Below are positions 12,697-23,808 of a stretch of DNA of 64,000 bases, in pieces. Numbering within the stretch: the stretch's first letter is position 1; every line of letters begins with the position of its first letter. The notes under the pieces were generated by a model that searched no databases, was not told the DNA's origin, and saw nothing but the letters and a program-made list of their open reading frames with translations. The position numbers and the translations under genes are program-made. The stretch is from Caecitellus pseudoparvulus (Eukaryota; Protista; Bigyra: Bicosoecida): assembly GCA_965644315.1 (NCBI GenBank), contig CBFFRQ010000018.1, positions 372,001 through 436,000 on the forward strand. Reading direction: 5' to 3'.

Positions 12697-15122
12697 TCAA
12701 TGGAAGCCACCGAACGACCCATGGTACGTGCTTCCCGTCCCAGCGGCGAACTTGGCCTGGGAGTCTTTCTGTCGCAACAGAGGACGCACTGCGCTGCGGA
12801 CATACTTGTCCAGGTCATCGCTGCCCGCAAACTCTTTGTCAATGCGCGCCGCCTGCTCGGCATAGGAGCTGTTCAGCATGGGAATGCAGATATCAGCGAG
12901 GGCCATGTAGTAGCGGCACACTTCCTTCTCGCCCTTGATCACCACCAGCGCATTGCGCCTGTTGCTGCCAAAGGCGTGCTTGCCTGAGGCCAGCTCACGA
13001 ATGTCATCCTCCAGCGTGCTGCCATACTCTGAGTATTGCTCAGCCATGAGGTCTGCCAGCTTGCGAAGCACCAAGATCTCGTTCTCAGCAGAGACAGGCG
13101 TGACTGGGCGAGCGGCAAAGTCTGTGTCGCGTGTGATGGCAGGGAGCATGAGGAGCTGCTCCTGGGTGGCGAATGCAAAGCGCAGCCAGGAGAAGATCTC
13201 ACGGGTGGCAGCGTGGGCGTAGTAGGTGGAAACACGGAACGCCCTCCATGGGATGCCTTCCCGGCTGGTGCCAGAGTTCAGCGCACTGCCCGTGCACACG
13301 CCGGCAGCTAGGAGGTGTGACACCTTCTGCTGGAACCAAGGGTCCACACCGGGTGCCTCCAGGGAAGCGATGATGCGCACTTCGTTGTGGTTCTGACCAG
13401 TGTCATCGTCCCGGTTGTGCTCCACAGCGAAGCCATAGTTCAGCAGGAAGCGAGAGTTGCACTTCTTCCCGTAGGAATCGTACACTTGCTGGCCCTTGGC
13501 CAGCCGCGTCGTGGAGGTGATGGTGAAGCACTGGCGCGCGCTGTTGTACGTCCACTTGGTCTCCCGCGGGCGGTAGTGGTTCAGCATATCCGCATAGGGC
13601 ACCATGGCGTCAGTTTTGCGGCCGTCAATGGTCACGCCAAAGTTCCTGGAAGCCACGATCATGCGCACCCACATGAAGGTGTGCAGGTCAGCAATGGCCT
13701 TGAACTCCGGAGCCACCCGGATGATCTGCTCGTAGTCCCGCTTGATGTTTGCCTTGCGGTCTTCCACCTGCTGCAGCAAGTAAGAGCCTTGTAGCCACTG
13801 CAGCTGCTCGTCGCTCCAGAACAGAGGCATGTTCGGGAACGCCTCGGGCAGGATTCCTGAGCGGGGCGGGGGCACATAAGCGAAGTGCAGACTAGCGTTG
13901 CAGCGGCCTCGGGGGGGCACATCCCTGCGTTGCACGGCACTCACGGTAGTAGGGCTGAAAGAAGGAGTCCTCATTCAGCATGTCCATGCAGATGAAGACC
14001 GTCGTGTAGCAGTGCTTGGAGGCAGAAAAGATGAGGGGTGGGTTGGCAGCCTGCATCTTGCGCCCGATGCTGCAGGCACGCCCCATCTCCACTGTGATGA
14101 GGAACTTCCTGTCGATGGCCATGATTTCCGTCTCAGGCTGCGAAGTGGGATGCAAGCGTGGGTGAGCACTATGCTGCTGGCTACGAGCACACGGCACCGC
14201 CCCGCAGCACGCACTGGCACATCCTCCCGGCAATGCACGCCCCGATTGCCCTCCATGTACTTCTTCATGTACAACTTGGGGAAGGAGGTGTTGTGGTCCG
14301 TGTCGCTGGCAAGCCAGCCCTCCAGTCCGTCAAACTTGTCCGCCTCCCCGCCACTGGCACCACCGCCCTCTGCTGGAACAGCTTCAGCTGGCGCCGCCTC
14401 CCCCGCCTCCGCCACTGCCTCACCAACAGTGACCGACTCTAGGCGCATCTTGGCGAGTCGGCCCAAGGCAGCCGAGAGGGCTGCCGTCCGGATGCCACCA
14501 CAGAGGAGCTCCCCCTTCCGCAGCACACTCTCCGCCTCACTGAACTTCAGCTGCAGCGTCAGCACGGAGCCCTTCAACAGGAAGGCTTCGGGCCACTGCG
14601 AGTCAACAGCTAGAATCTCCTCGGCGATTGCCGCTGCATCCGTCAGGTCCTGCGCGTGCCGTGTGCATGGCTGTGTCGAGGGTTCCCCGTGCTGAGAACG
14701 AGGCACTCCCATGCCTCCACGCTGCGATGGCGTGCAGGATGGAGTCTCAGCACCAACGAAAGCAGACACCCACCTGAGGAGAGCCACGATGCAGCAGGAA
14801 CTCCCCTTTGGCCTTCAGGATCTTTTTGTGGGAAGGGTACTCAAGGAGCGCCTGCCAGAGAAAGTGCAGCGGAAGACCAGTGCGAAGCTCGAGCACCGGA
14901 TAGGCTGGAAAAGCCACACACCTTGTCAGCTGCCTCCAGGACAGCGGGATCGTTGCGTCTCAATAGTGCGTGCAGATTTGACTGGGAGGCGAGGTCCGAG
15001 TGTGGAGCTCAGTGCACTTCGAGCGATGTGCTGGCGTGTCCGGCTGCCGTTTCGCTCACCAACACAACTTCCACCAGCTCCTCCGAGGACACCTTGCCCA
15101 CAGCGGCTGCCGCAGTTGCCAT
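12697..15122 (-). CDS. TPR + SET-domain methyltransferase (SETD3/Rubisco-LSMT class); five introns
   Basis: GNRGVH, FFQPYY, VASRNF, MVPYADMLNH, GQQVYDSYGKKCNSRFLLNYGF, a Rubisco-LSMT substrate-binding-like C-terminus, and N-terminal TPR-like WPEAFLLKGSVL...FSEAESVLRKG. Confidence 0.88.
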
Positions 15123-15433
15123 AGCAGGCAGTGGATCAGATATTGGCTTCAGTGGGCAGGCCTGGCACGACCAGCTCACGTTGCGCTGCAGCTGCAGGCC
15201 CCGGGACGCCCTGTGGCAAGTGGCGAGCCTGGGACAGCCGAGCCGAAGCTCAGGAGCCGGGGGAGGGGGGTGGCACGGCCGAATGGCTGGAGCCGACCAC
15301 CAAATTAATCTTTCGCAGAGTTGTGGTGAGTTGAGAAGTGCTTGAACTATTTTCTTGCGCGTGCGTCACCCTGCTTTCGTCCAGCAGTAGGCGACTGGCC
15401 TGCCCGCCCCAGGCACCTTTCAACTCTGGCACC

Positions 15434-18176
15434 ATGCGACTGCTGCTTTGCCTTTGGGCTGTGGCAGGCATTCTCACTGGCACCAAGGCCGCTGTTCCAG
15501 ACTCTCCCTACATTGAAGTTGTGGCGCAGCGCTTCACAGCAGGCTCAGGCCAGGCAGTTGTGCGTGCGCCGTGACGTGCAGTGCACCTGCGAGGGAAGCC
15601 ACCACGCCAATAGCGCTCCATCCCAGGCACACTGGGGAACCATTCCCGGGGACAGCGTGTGGGATGCCGTGCATGAGGTGAACTTGGGCCTGGTCGCGCT
15701 CACGTCGAATGGCCTGCTGTCCCTGAGCGCAGGCAGCGCTGCCAGCACTTCGAGCTGGAGCGCTGTGCAGGTCACCCCTCCCCTTCCGCAAACCTTCCCA
15801 CAACAGGGCAGACTTGTCCTGACCCCGGCAGGGGCTCTCTCAGCGATCGTTTCGCCTGCTGCTGTGCGCTTGCTGGCTTGCAGCAAGGGGGCCTGCGTGA
15901 GCAAGGCTGTGCCCGCAGGTTTTGGGGAGGTGTCCGACGCAGCCTGCATCCCGGCCTCCACCTCTGGCTGCCAAAGCATCTGGGTGGCCGCCTCCACAGG
16001 GCTATGGGAGGTGGATCTCAGCACTGGTTCGGTCCGGCGCGTCACCGCAGCCCCCCAAACGGCTGTGGCTGCGGCAGCCGATGGCAGTCAGGTGTTCTCA
16101 GGAGGGCAGCGCTTCGTGTCGCACTGGACACCCACACCCCCCAAGCTCGTCCGGCGGGAGTGGGTGACCAACGTCACCTCTGGAGAAGGCGGTGTCTATG
16201 ACGGCGTTGTCACAGCCATGGCCATGGCCCCTGACGGCACCCTCTTTGTAGCTACACCCCAGGCACTCAACGTGCGGTACGCCAACCGGACTTTGGTGCG
16301 TGTAGCAGGCCTGCAGGGCCTGGTGGTGGGGAACCTCACCAGCGTCGCGGTGGGCACGGCGCAAGAGGTGGACCAGCGCAGCGCTGCCCTGGCAGGTGGG
16401 GGTGGGCAGTCGACGTGGCAGCTAGTGCTGGGATCCACTCAAGGATCAGCAACTGTTCAACTTGGCGGCGCACCCAGCTCAAACCCCGGCACTTGGACCA
16501 ACTGGCGCTTCTTCAATGGGCCCAGGTACCTGCCCACTCTCTCTGCAGCACGAGGCGCTGTCGGGAACGCAGTAGCACGCGTCGTGGCGGGCCAGTGGAG
16601 TCCTGGCGCCGACCAGTGGGTGTCCAGTCCCCTCATCGTGACCACAGCGGGGCTGTCAGCCCTGGCCCCACAAGTCTGGACCCTCGCGAAGAAGGCTGCT
16701 GCCATGGAGGTCATTCAGGCGCGGCACAATCGGCACGGCATGACCAGCGACTGCTCTTTGCTGGAGTTCGGCAACTTCACTTCCTGCACCAACCACCCCA
16801 GCGACAACAACGGCTTGTGGACCAGCCTGGTGGTGGTGGCAGAGGCCATGCGGTGGGCCGTCACCAAGGACCCTACCGCTGCTGAAGCTGCACTTGCTTA
16901 CCTTCAAGGCATGCACTTGCTGGTGCAAGTCACCGGCGTGAACGGGCTCATGGCACGCTCCGCTGTTTCTCCGGGCGAGAGCACGGGACCGGGCGGCACA
17001 TGGCACAACAGCACAGCGCCAGGGCTGGAGGGGTGGCAGTGGAAAGGTGACACGAGCAGCGATGAAGTCACTGGGCACACCTTTGCATACCCCATCGCGG
17101 CGTCCTTGCTAGGGCCGCTGCAAATGCCGTCACCCGCGTGGGCTCCTGGCTCCCCTGGTGGGCGCGCGGATGACGTCGCCCTCACGCTTCTGCACACCAT
17201 CGTCTCCTACATTGCTGCCAACAACATGACACTTGTGGACGTGACAGGGCTGCCTACTCGGTGGGGGCACTGGGATCCCCCCACCATGAATCGTAACCGG
17301 GTTTACTCTGACGGGCGAGGCGTGAACTCCCTGCAAGCACTGGCCTTCCTCCAGGCAGGTGCCGTGACGGCGCACCCGCAAGCGCCCTTTGCAAAGCACT
17401 TGCTGGGCACCTACGCCAGCCTCGTGCACCAGCATGACTATGGCGGAAACGTCGTCAACTTGAAGATCGAGTCGCCAGTGGACGACAACTACTCGGACGA
17501 TGAGCTGACGTTCCTGCCTCTCTACCTATTCGCCGCGTGCAACGCAGCAGCAGGGCCCTCCGCACTGGATCCTACAGACGTTCAAGCAGGCTTCCGGCGT
17601 ACGTTTGACTTCGTCCGCCCCTGGCGCTCGGATCTGTGGGGCGCTATCTGGCTGGCATCAGGTGGCGCTGCCTGGAGCGCTGGTGCACCCTCCCCACTGG
17701 CGGCCGCGTGCGCAGCAGTCGGTGGAGGGGACAACGCCACCTCCACAGCATCCGCTGCCACCAGCTCAAGCCCCTTGGACGACATGGCAGAGCTTGGCGC
17801 CAGCTCCCTGCGCGGAAGACATGCGCAGCCAAGCGGCCAAACCTTGAGCGGGGAGCAGCAACCTGTCCAGGACGCCACCTACACCGCTGCAGTGGCGGAA
17901 GACATCGCGTGGAACCTGCGCACCTGGCCTTTGGACTTGGTTGACTGGCCAGTGGACAACTCCAATCGCTTGGACGTGTTCTTCAGGCGGTCGCCAAACC
18001 GCTTTGGGCGATCGAATTCGGACTCTGTGAGGGTACTGCCTGCAAACGAACGAGCGCAGTTTCGGTGGAATGGGAATCCCCATGCCTTGAGCGGCGGCTC
18101 CGGGCGCAATGAGTACGATGCAGGTGCTTGGCTGCTGCCGTACTGGCTTGCAAGGTACCACGACATCTTGCAGTGA
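15434..18176 (+). CDS. Secreted protein, beta-propeller plus putative (alpha/alpha)6 catalytic domain, resembling an uncharacterised bacterial family; intron 15560-15626
   Basis: Signal peptide MRLLLCLWAVAGILTGTKA spliced in frame to the 944-aa ORF. Propeller-like repeats, then acidic motifs SDNNGLWTS, WKGDTSSDEVTGH, DNYSDDELTFL, WLLPYWLARY. Confidence 0.7.
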
Positions 18177-18288
18177 TGCTGGTGCCATCCATAGGGCGAG
18201 TCAAATTCACACACCCAAGCAGGACATGGGCGTGCTTAGCTTGCTCGGTCAGTGGGGGTCGTAGCGAATGCAAAGCAAGGGCGCAGAC

Positions 18289-19669
18289 ATGGCAGACTCG
18301 CAAGGTTTGCCACCTGCCTCGGCGGTGGTGGGGCAGGAGGAAGCGCCAGTGTTTCCTCTGAGCAAGCTCCAAGCACCCCCAAGTGCAGCAGATGGAATGG
18401 AGGTGGATGAAATCGATGCATATCGCCATTGGTCTATGGATCTCGTCCAAGAAGCGACCATCATGCTGCGGCTGTACGTCTGGCTGGGCTGGAAGTGCCT
18501 CGCCCGTTTCGGTGGCGTTTCAACTGCTTCCCGTGCCCATCCGCAGTCCACAGCGGTGCTGCATGACGGCACAAGCACTTCTGCATCGGGTTTTCTACAA
18601 TATGAGCCTTCCACTTATCGATGTTCCGCTGGGTAGGTCTATGTCTGTGATGCTTTGGCTACTGCAACCCGGAAACTGAGCCCCTGCTTGTGCAGTTTCA
18701 ATGGCGTGCGTCTTCCTCGCTGCCAAGGCTGAGGACTACCCGCGTGAGATCTGGCACGTGATGGAAGTGCACTATGATCAGTTCAGGAGGCGCCGGGGAT
18801 TGAAGCCTCAGGCACTGACCTTGGGCGGACGAGTGCGTGAAGCCGCAGCCCAGATCGCCAAGATCTTGGTGCCACAACACTGCTCTCGCCCACCCCAGCT
18901 CTACAACCACTGGAAGGAGCTGATCGTGGAGTATGAAGCAGAGGTGCTGCGGCAGTGTGGATTCAAGCTGTACCCTCTGCAGCAGCACTCCATCGACCTG
19001 CTACCCCCCCTTGTCGCTCTGCTCACATCTGGTGTGGACGGGCTGCAGCCATCCTTTGCAAGCGCGCTCCAAACTCAAGCGACTGCCTTGCTTAATGATA
19101 TGGGTAGGCTGGACGTGTGTGTGCGATATCTTCCTGAGACAATAGCGGTGGCAGCGGTTGCCATCGCAGCCATGTGCGTTTCCAGCCGGCCCCTTGCTCC
19201 CCCCCCCTTGCGTACCACTCCCTCGCTCGCCTCCCTTCCCAGCGACCTCGACTTTGAACTCCCTTCGGGGTGGAGCCTGGTACTGCACACGCGCTCAGAG
19301 CACATCACTGCCATCGCCACTGAACTCCTGCAGCTGCATGAGCGCCCTCCAGAGGCGTGGATGCCGCCCTCTAGTCAAGGAGGTGACGGCAGGCGCCCCA
19401 CAGCCAGTGCCGACGTGTGGAAGCACACCCTCATGCTGGACAAGGACGAAGATGAGCGACAGGATGAACTGCAGCGCCTGCGGGCCGCAGAGGCGGCGCA
19501 GAGAGGAGTTGCCGCCCCAGCCGCATCACAGGGCGCCGCCCCCCCACCCCAGGCCTCAGCTGCCCTCGCAGACAGCGTTGCACAAGCTCGTGCAGCAGCA
19601 CTGGCCTTGGCTGCGCGGGCTTCTGCGGCCATCGCCCAGCCAGCAGCTAAGCGAGGGCGCCACGTGTGA
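18289..19669 (+). CDS. Cyclin L-like transcriptional cyclin (at least two introns)
   Basis: PPSAADG...LVQEATIMLRLPQ...TAQALLHRVFY...VSMACVFLAAKAED.PR and E.EVLRQCGF, LLNDM.R.DVCVRY.PETIA: two cyclin boxes of the cyclin L type. Confidence 0.82.
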
Positions 19670-19703
19670 AGGGCGTGCGTGGAACGCTGGTTCGCTGCAT
19701 TGC

Positions 19704-20991
19704 TCAGTATCCATCATCCTCTGACGCTGCGCCCCCCCCCGCTGCAGGCGAGGCGGTAGTCAGCGCAGGGGATGCCTGCGGTGTGCCTGATCCACGGGGG
19801 CGCGTCACCTGCCGTGCGATGGAGGCAAACCGGTTTCCACCGCCGGACCGTCCCCCAGAGGAACTTCGCTGCGGAGCGGTTCGGCCAGACGACCGACTGC
19901 GCGAGGGGGCGGTCTCCTCCGGAGCCGCAGCGCTGGAGCGGGACGTAGATCTGGATGGACGGGCGGGCGCATCGCGGCTGGACGAGACGGGGCCATCCAG
20001 CGCGCCGCTGGCACGCAGTCGTTCGAAGCTGCGTAGCACTTCATCAGGGGACCGGGACGGGCGCGAGTCCCTGACGCTGGCGCCAGACTTCTGCGAAAGG
20101 GCCTTGGCGACAGATGCCACGCTGGCGAACGCCGCCCCAGGTGCTGACGTGGGTGCTTGGCTTGACGTGGCGGCTTGACCAGGCGCCAGGCCAGAATCCG
20201 GGGGGCCACCCGTGCTGAAGCCGTGGGCCGCCATACCGCGGGTCAGGACGTTGATTTGCACACGAATAACCCCCGTCGACTGCACACGCGTCACTGTACA
20301 GCAAGGGGGCGGGCGGGGGGGGGTGCCAGTGGACGGCAGGCCCTCGCAGTGCAGGCAGTCGCTCACCTTCTCTTCCCTTGTTCTCAGCCACAAAGTCTGG
20401 GCGCACGAATTCTGGGCGGTTGGCTGTCAGCCACGCCAGAAAGCCCTGCACGACGCTGCCCGAGACGGGGGAAAACGTCCGCACATAGCGCACATAGCGC
20501 CCAGGCAAGGTGGGCACGAGCAGCGACCCATAGCCAACCACGACCTCTCGCCCCAGCATGTCCAACTGCTTCACCTCCAGCACCATGCGCGGCCACCCGA
20601 ATACATTCGTGGATGTCCACGTCACGTCAAAGGGCATGTTCCACACCACCTCTGCACCGGCTGAGCTGGAGAGCTGCGCGATCTGGGACTCTCCCTTGCC
20701 GACTCCCTGCATTGAAAGGGGCAAAGCTTGTCGTGGAGCCTGCCGGCGCGCAGCAATGAGCCACGCCCTCGGGTGAACTCACGTGCACCTCCCTCCAGTC
20801 CTCGCCTCGCGTAAAGTGAAAGCTGCAGGACAGAGAGTCGTCTCCTTTGAACTGCGCAAATGGGTTGGTGCTGCATCCGTTGAAGGCCAGACGGGTCCGT
20901 TGCGTGGGCAGACGCAGCCACGGACATCTGCTGCCTCTATTTGGCCATTGGCCATCACGTAGAAGCCCGAAAGCTCCCCCTCGTCGGCCAT
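19704..20991 (-). CDS. B9D1: B9-C2 domain transition-zone protein B9D1 (MKSR1); introns 20852-20925, 20707-20782, 20294-20366
   Basis: ANGQIEAA, GEDW..VHGV..G.SQIA, VVWNMPFDVTWTSTNVFGWPRMV, GYG..LVP.LPG, PEFV...FVA...GREVTRVQSTG. Confidence 0.9.
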
Positions 20992-21361
20992 TTCTGCGCT
21001 GTCCCTCTGGAGGGTTGCTTCGCAGCGGAGGAGTGCGTGCTGGCGTTACGACGGGCGTTTCGCCTCTTTGCCAGCCCTAGTTCGCCCTGCTGAGGGAAGA
21101 AAACAAGGCAAAATATCGACGTGACGATTCATTTATTGGGCGATCATTCTGTCTTCGCCACAGAAGTGGCTGCATCCGAGGATATGCCGAGCCCTGGGCC
21201 CTGGTGCCTGGTGCAGCTGCATGGCGTCCAACGTCGAAAAAATGCATCATTCGCGCACTTCATAAATGGCCCACCAGACCACTGCAACCCCTTCACGACC
21301 CAGCCACCAGCCAGCACTTTCCCAGAGCCCGTCCATAGTCCCATCTCATGTATTTGTTGCG

Positions 21362-21649
21362 GTGAGTGTTTTGCGTCACCCCCCTGCGGCTTTCCTCGAC
21401 TTGCTTTGGAGCATTTCTGGTGGCCTACAGCTCAGCGCTCCCTGCACCTCCCGCGGCGTTCCCCACAGACCTCGGTCAGCAGCAGCTCCTGTTGTGAACA
21501 TTGCACAGCGGGTACGTGGCGCCTTGCGTGTAGTGGTGGATTGCCTCCCCATCCCCCTGCTGGCGAGGCAAGCGCCCTGGCGTGGCCGGCAATGGGAGCT
21601 GTGCTGTGTCCTCTATTTCCGCACGTGCGCCCTCCCGCCCTGCCCACAG
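21362..21649 (+). other. Probable 5'-UTR intron of RPS4 (288 nt)
   Basis: GTGAGT donor, pyrimidine tract and CACAG acceptor 14 nt before the ATG. Confidence 0.65.
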
Positions 21650-21663
21650 ACCACATATCAGCC

Positions 21664-22449
21664 ATGACGCGCGGCCCCAAGAAGCACCTGAAGCGCCTGA
21701 ATGCGCCCCACCACTGGATGCTCGCCAAGATGGGCGGCGTGTACGCCCCCAAGCCCATGTCCGGCCCCCACAAGTCCCGGGAGTGCCTGCCTCTGGTGCT
21801 GATCCTGCGCAACCGCCTGAAGTACGCCCTGACCCGCCGCGAGGCCCAGGCCATCTGCATGCAGAAGTCCGTCAAGGTCGACGGCAAGGTCCGCACAGAC
21901 ATGAAGTTCCCCGCTGGGTTCATGGATGTCATCTCCATCCCCAAGGCTGGCGACAACTTCCGCCTCATGTACGACGTGAAGGGCCGCTTCGTGCTGCACG
22001 CCGTGAACACCAAGGAGGCTGGCTACAAGCTCGCCCGCGTCATGCGCCAGGAGTTCACCAAGAAGGGCATCCCCGTCATCGTCACCCACGACGGCCGCAC
22101 CATCCGCTACGTCGACCCTGACATCAAGGTCAACGACACCGTGAAGGTGAACCTGGAGGACGGCAAGGTCACTGACTTCATCAAGTTCGAGCAGGGCAAC
22201 ACCGTCATCATCACCGCAGGGCGTAACCGCGGCCGTGTTGGTGTCCTGCGCCACATCGAGCGCCACCCTGGGTCTTACGACATCGTGCACGTCCAGGATG
22301 CCGCCGGCAAGGAGTTCGCCACTCGCCTGCACAACGCCTTCATGCTGGGCAAGGGCGACAACGTCGACAGCACCGCTGTGTCCCTGCCCCGCGGCAAGGG
22401 CATCAAGCTCAGCATTGTGGAGGAGCGTGACGCCGCCCGCCGCGTCTAA
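21664..22449 (+). CDS. RPS4: 40S ribosomal protein S4 (eS4)
   Basis: [20 protein letters not shown]...[11 protein letters not shown]...THDGRTIRY...[12 protein letters not shown]. Strong codon bias; CDS has no intron. Confidence 0.98.
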   Translation: MTRGPKKHLKRLNAPHHWMLAKMGGVYAPKPMSGPHKSRECLPLVLILRNRLKYALTRREAQAICMQKSVKVDGKVRTDMKFPAGFMDVISIPKAGDNFRLMYDVKGRFVLHAVNTKEAGYKLARVMRQEFTKKGIPVIVTHDGRTIRYVDPDIKVNDTVKVNLEDGKVTDFIKFEQGNTVIITAGRNRGRVGVLRHIERHPGSYDIVHVQDAAGKEFATRLHNAFMLGKGDNVDSTAVSLPRGKGIKLSIVEERDAARRV

Positions 22450-22568
22450 GCCTCGCAGCTGCGCGCCCTGCTGTGGGTGCAACCCGGGCTTCCCGCCCTT
22501 GATTGGAGAATGGACAGGAACCACACTTGTTTGCGCTCACACATTATGCATTTCGCTGCTTGCTTGCT

Positions 22569-23602
22569 TCAAGGCGAACCGCCGGCTGACTTGGGAGCGA
22601 GGGTCTCGACCGTCGCTTGGCCCTGCGACGACTCCTCGCCTGGATGCACGACGAAGGCAGACACTTCACGTGCCGGCGACGGCGACTTTCCCCGCCCTCG
22701 CCGACTGCCCGAAGAGCCACCTAGTGGTCCGGATACGAGCAGTTTGTGAGGCAGCGGGTCTGTCTCGGCGGGCCCACCGCTAACTGGTTCTTCCTGCTGG
22801 CTGCTCTCGCTCGCAGGGGGACCTTCCGGCGCCACCAAGCCACGAGGCGGCAAGGCAATCGCCACAGTGCTGCAGTCACGCAGAGAAGGCATGCTGGCGA
22901 TGTCTTCGGGGGTGATGTACACATGGGGCCCAATGGAGGGGGTGGCTGGCCCCTTACCTTGTGCGGCCCCGGCCTCCTCCACTGCCTGCATGATGCCTGC
23001 CAGCTCTGCCTCGGCAGTGTGCAGTGCAGCATCCACGTGGCCTTCCAGTGCGACCAGCCTCTGAGTATCGGCAATGACGGCATCCAGCTTCGCCCTCACA
23101 GCTGCGCTGTACGCCAGGACAGGACTGCACGAGGGGGAAGGCGAGAATGCTGTACTTCGCATGAAACGCCAGTGCCCCGTGCCTCGCCAGAAAGCGGGGC
23201 CAGCTGAGCGCGGAAGCCCCTAAACACAAACCAAATTGATGGAACAGAGCATCACCAGACAGTCACACCGCTGGCTGCAGCAGGGAGGCCCACCTGGACC
23301 TGTACACACTGCAAAAGCGTGCTGCCGTTGCACACTCACCTGCAGTACAGCTTCCCTTTTGAAGTCTTGGCCACGAGCCGCATGCCCTCCAGCACGTTGA
23401 TAATGTCATACACTCTCCTGCGTTGAATGCTGAGGTCGTCTGCCAGCTTGAAGTAGTCCACGGGCTGGCTGGCCTTGTGCCCTTCCAACAAGTGCGCCAG
23501 GCAGCGCCTGGCCAGGCCGTCCACGAAGCGCCGTGTGGACATGGCCAGGCTGGAGGCCACCTCGGCCCCCTTGGCGTCGGTCACTTCATCCGTCGCTGCC
23601 AT
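22569..23602 (-). CDS. E2F-family transcription factor (splicing between 23100 and 23339 not fully resolved)
   Basis: Winged-helix motif RRRVYDIINVLEGMRLVAK, a coiled coil, and marked-box-like YITPEDIASMPSLRDCSTVAI. Confidence 0.8.
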
Positions 23603-23808
23603 GCTGCGCAATGTGGCTTGGTGAGCTCTTCCCAGAGCTGCAGCCTCAGACCTGTGTGACAGGGCCGATGGTGCCAGCAAGCCACGCAGGTCAGGCAAGG
23701 AGGCCTTCCCAGTCGTGCCTGCTCAGAGCGCCAAAGCCGTGCTCAGTCACCGCGCATTGCACACAAACTTGCAGCTTGACGTTTTTGGTGGACCCAGTCA
23801 AGTGTGCG

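Noticed and set aside
21121-21663. 181-aa N-terminal extension of RPS4 in the ORF track
   Set aside because: Begins at a GTG and runs through promoter and a probable 5'-UTR intron. The conserved start is ATG 21664.
21658-22524. Long antisense ORFs opposite RPS4 (also 36110-37039, 62746-63879, 8655-9560, 59332-60099)
   Set aside because: Shadow ORFs expected from strong GC3 codon bias in highly expressed genes; no recognisable motifs.
23100-23219. GC-AG intron in E2F (GCGAGG at 23187)
   Set aside because: The nearest acceptor gives a stop codon and the alternatives are ambiguous. It cannot be supported without cDNA.
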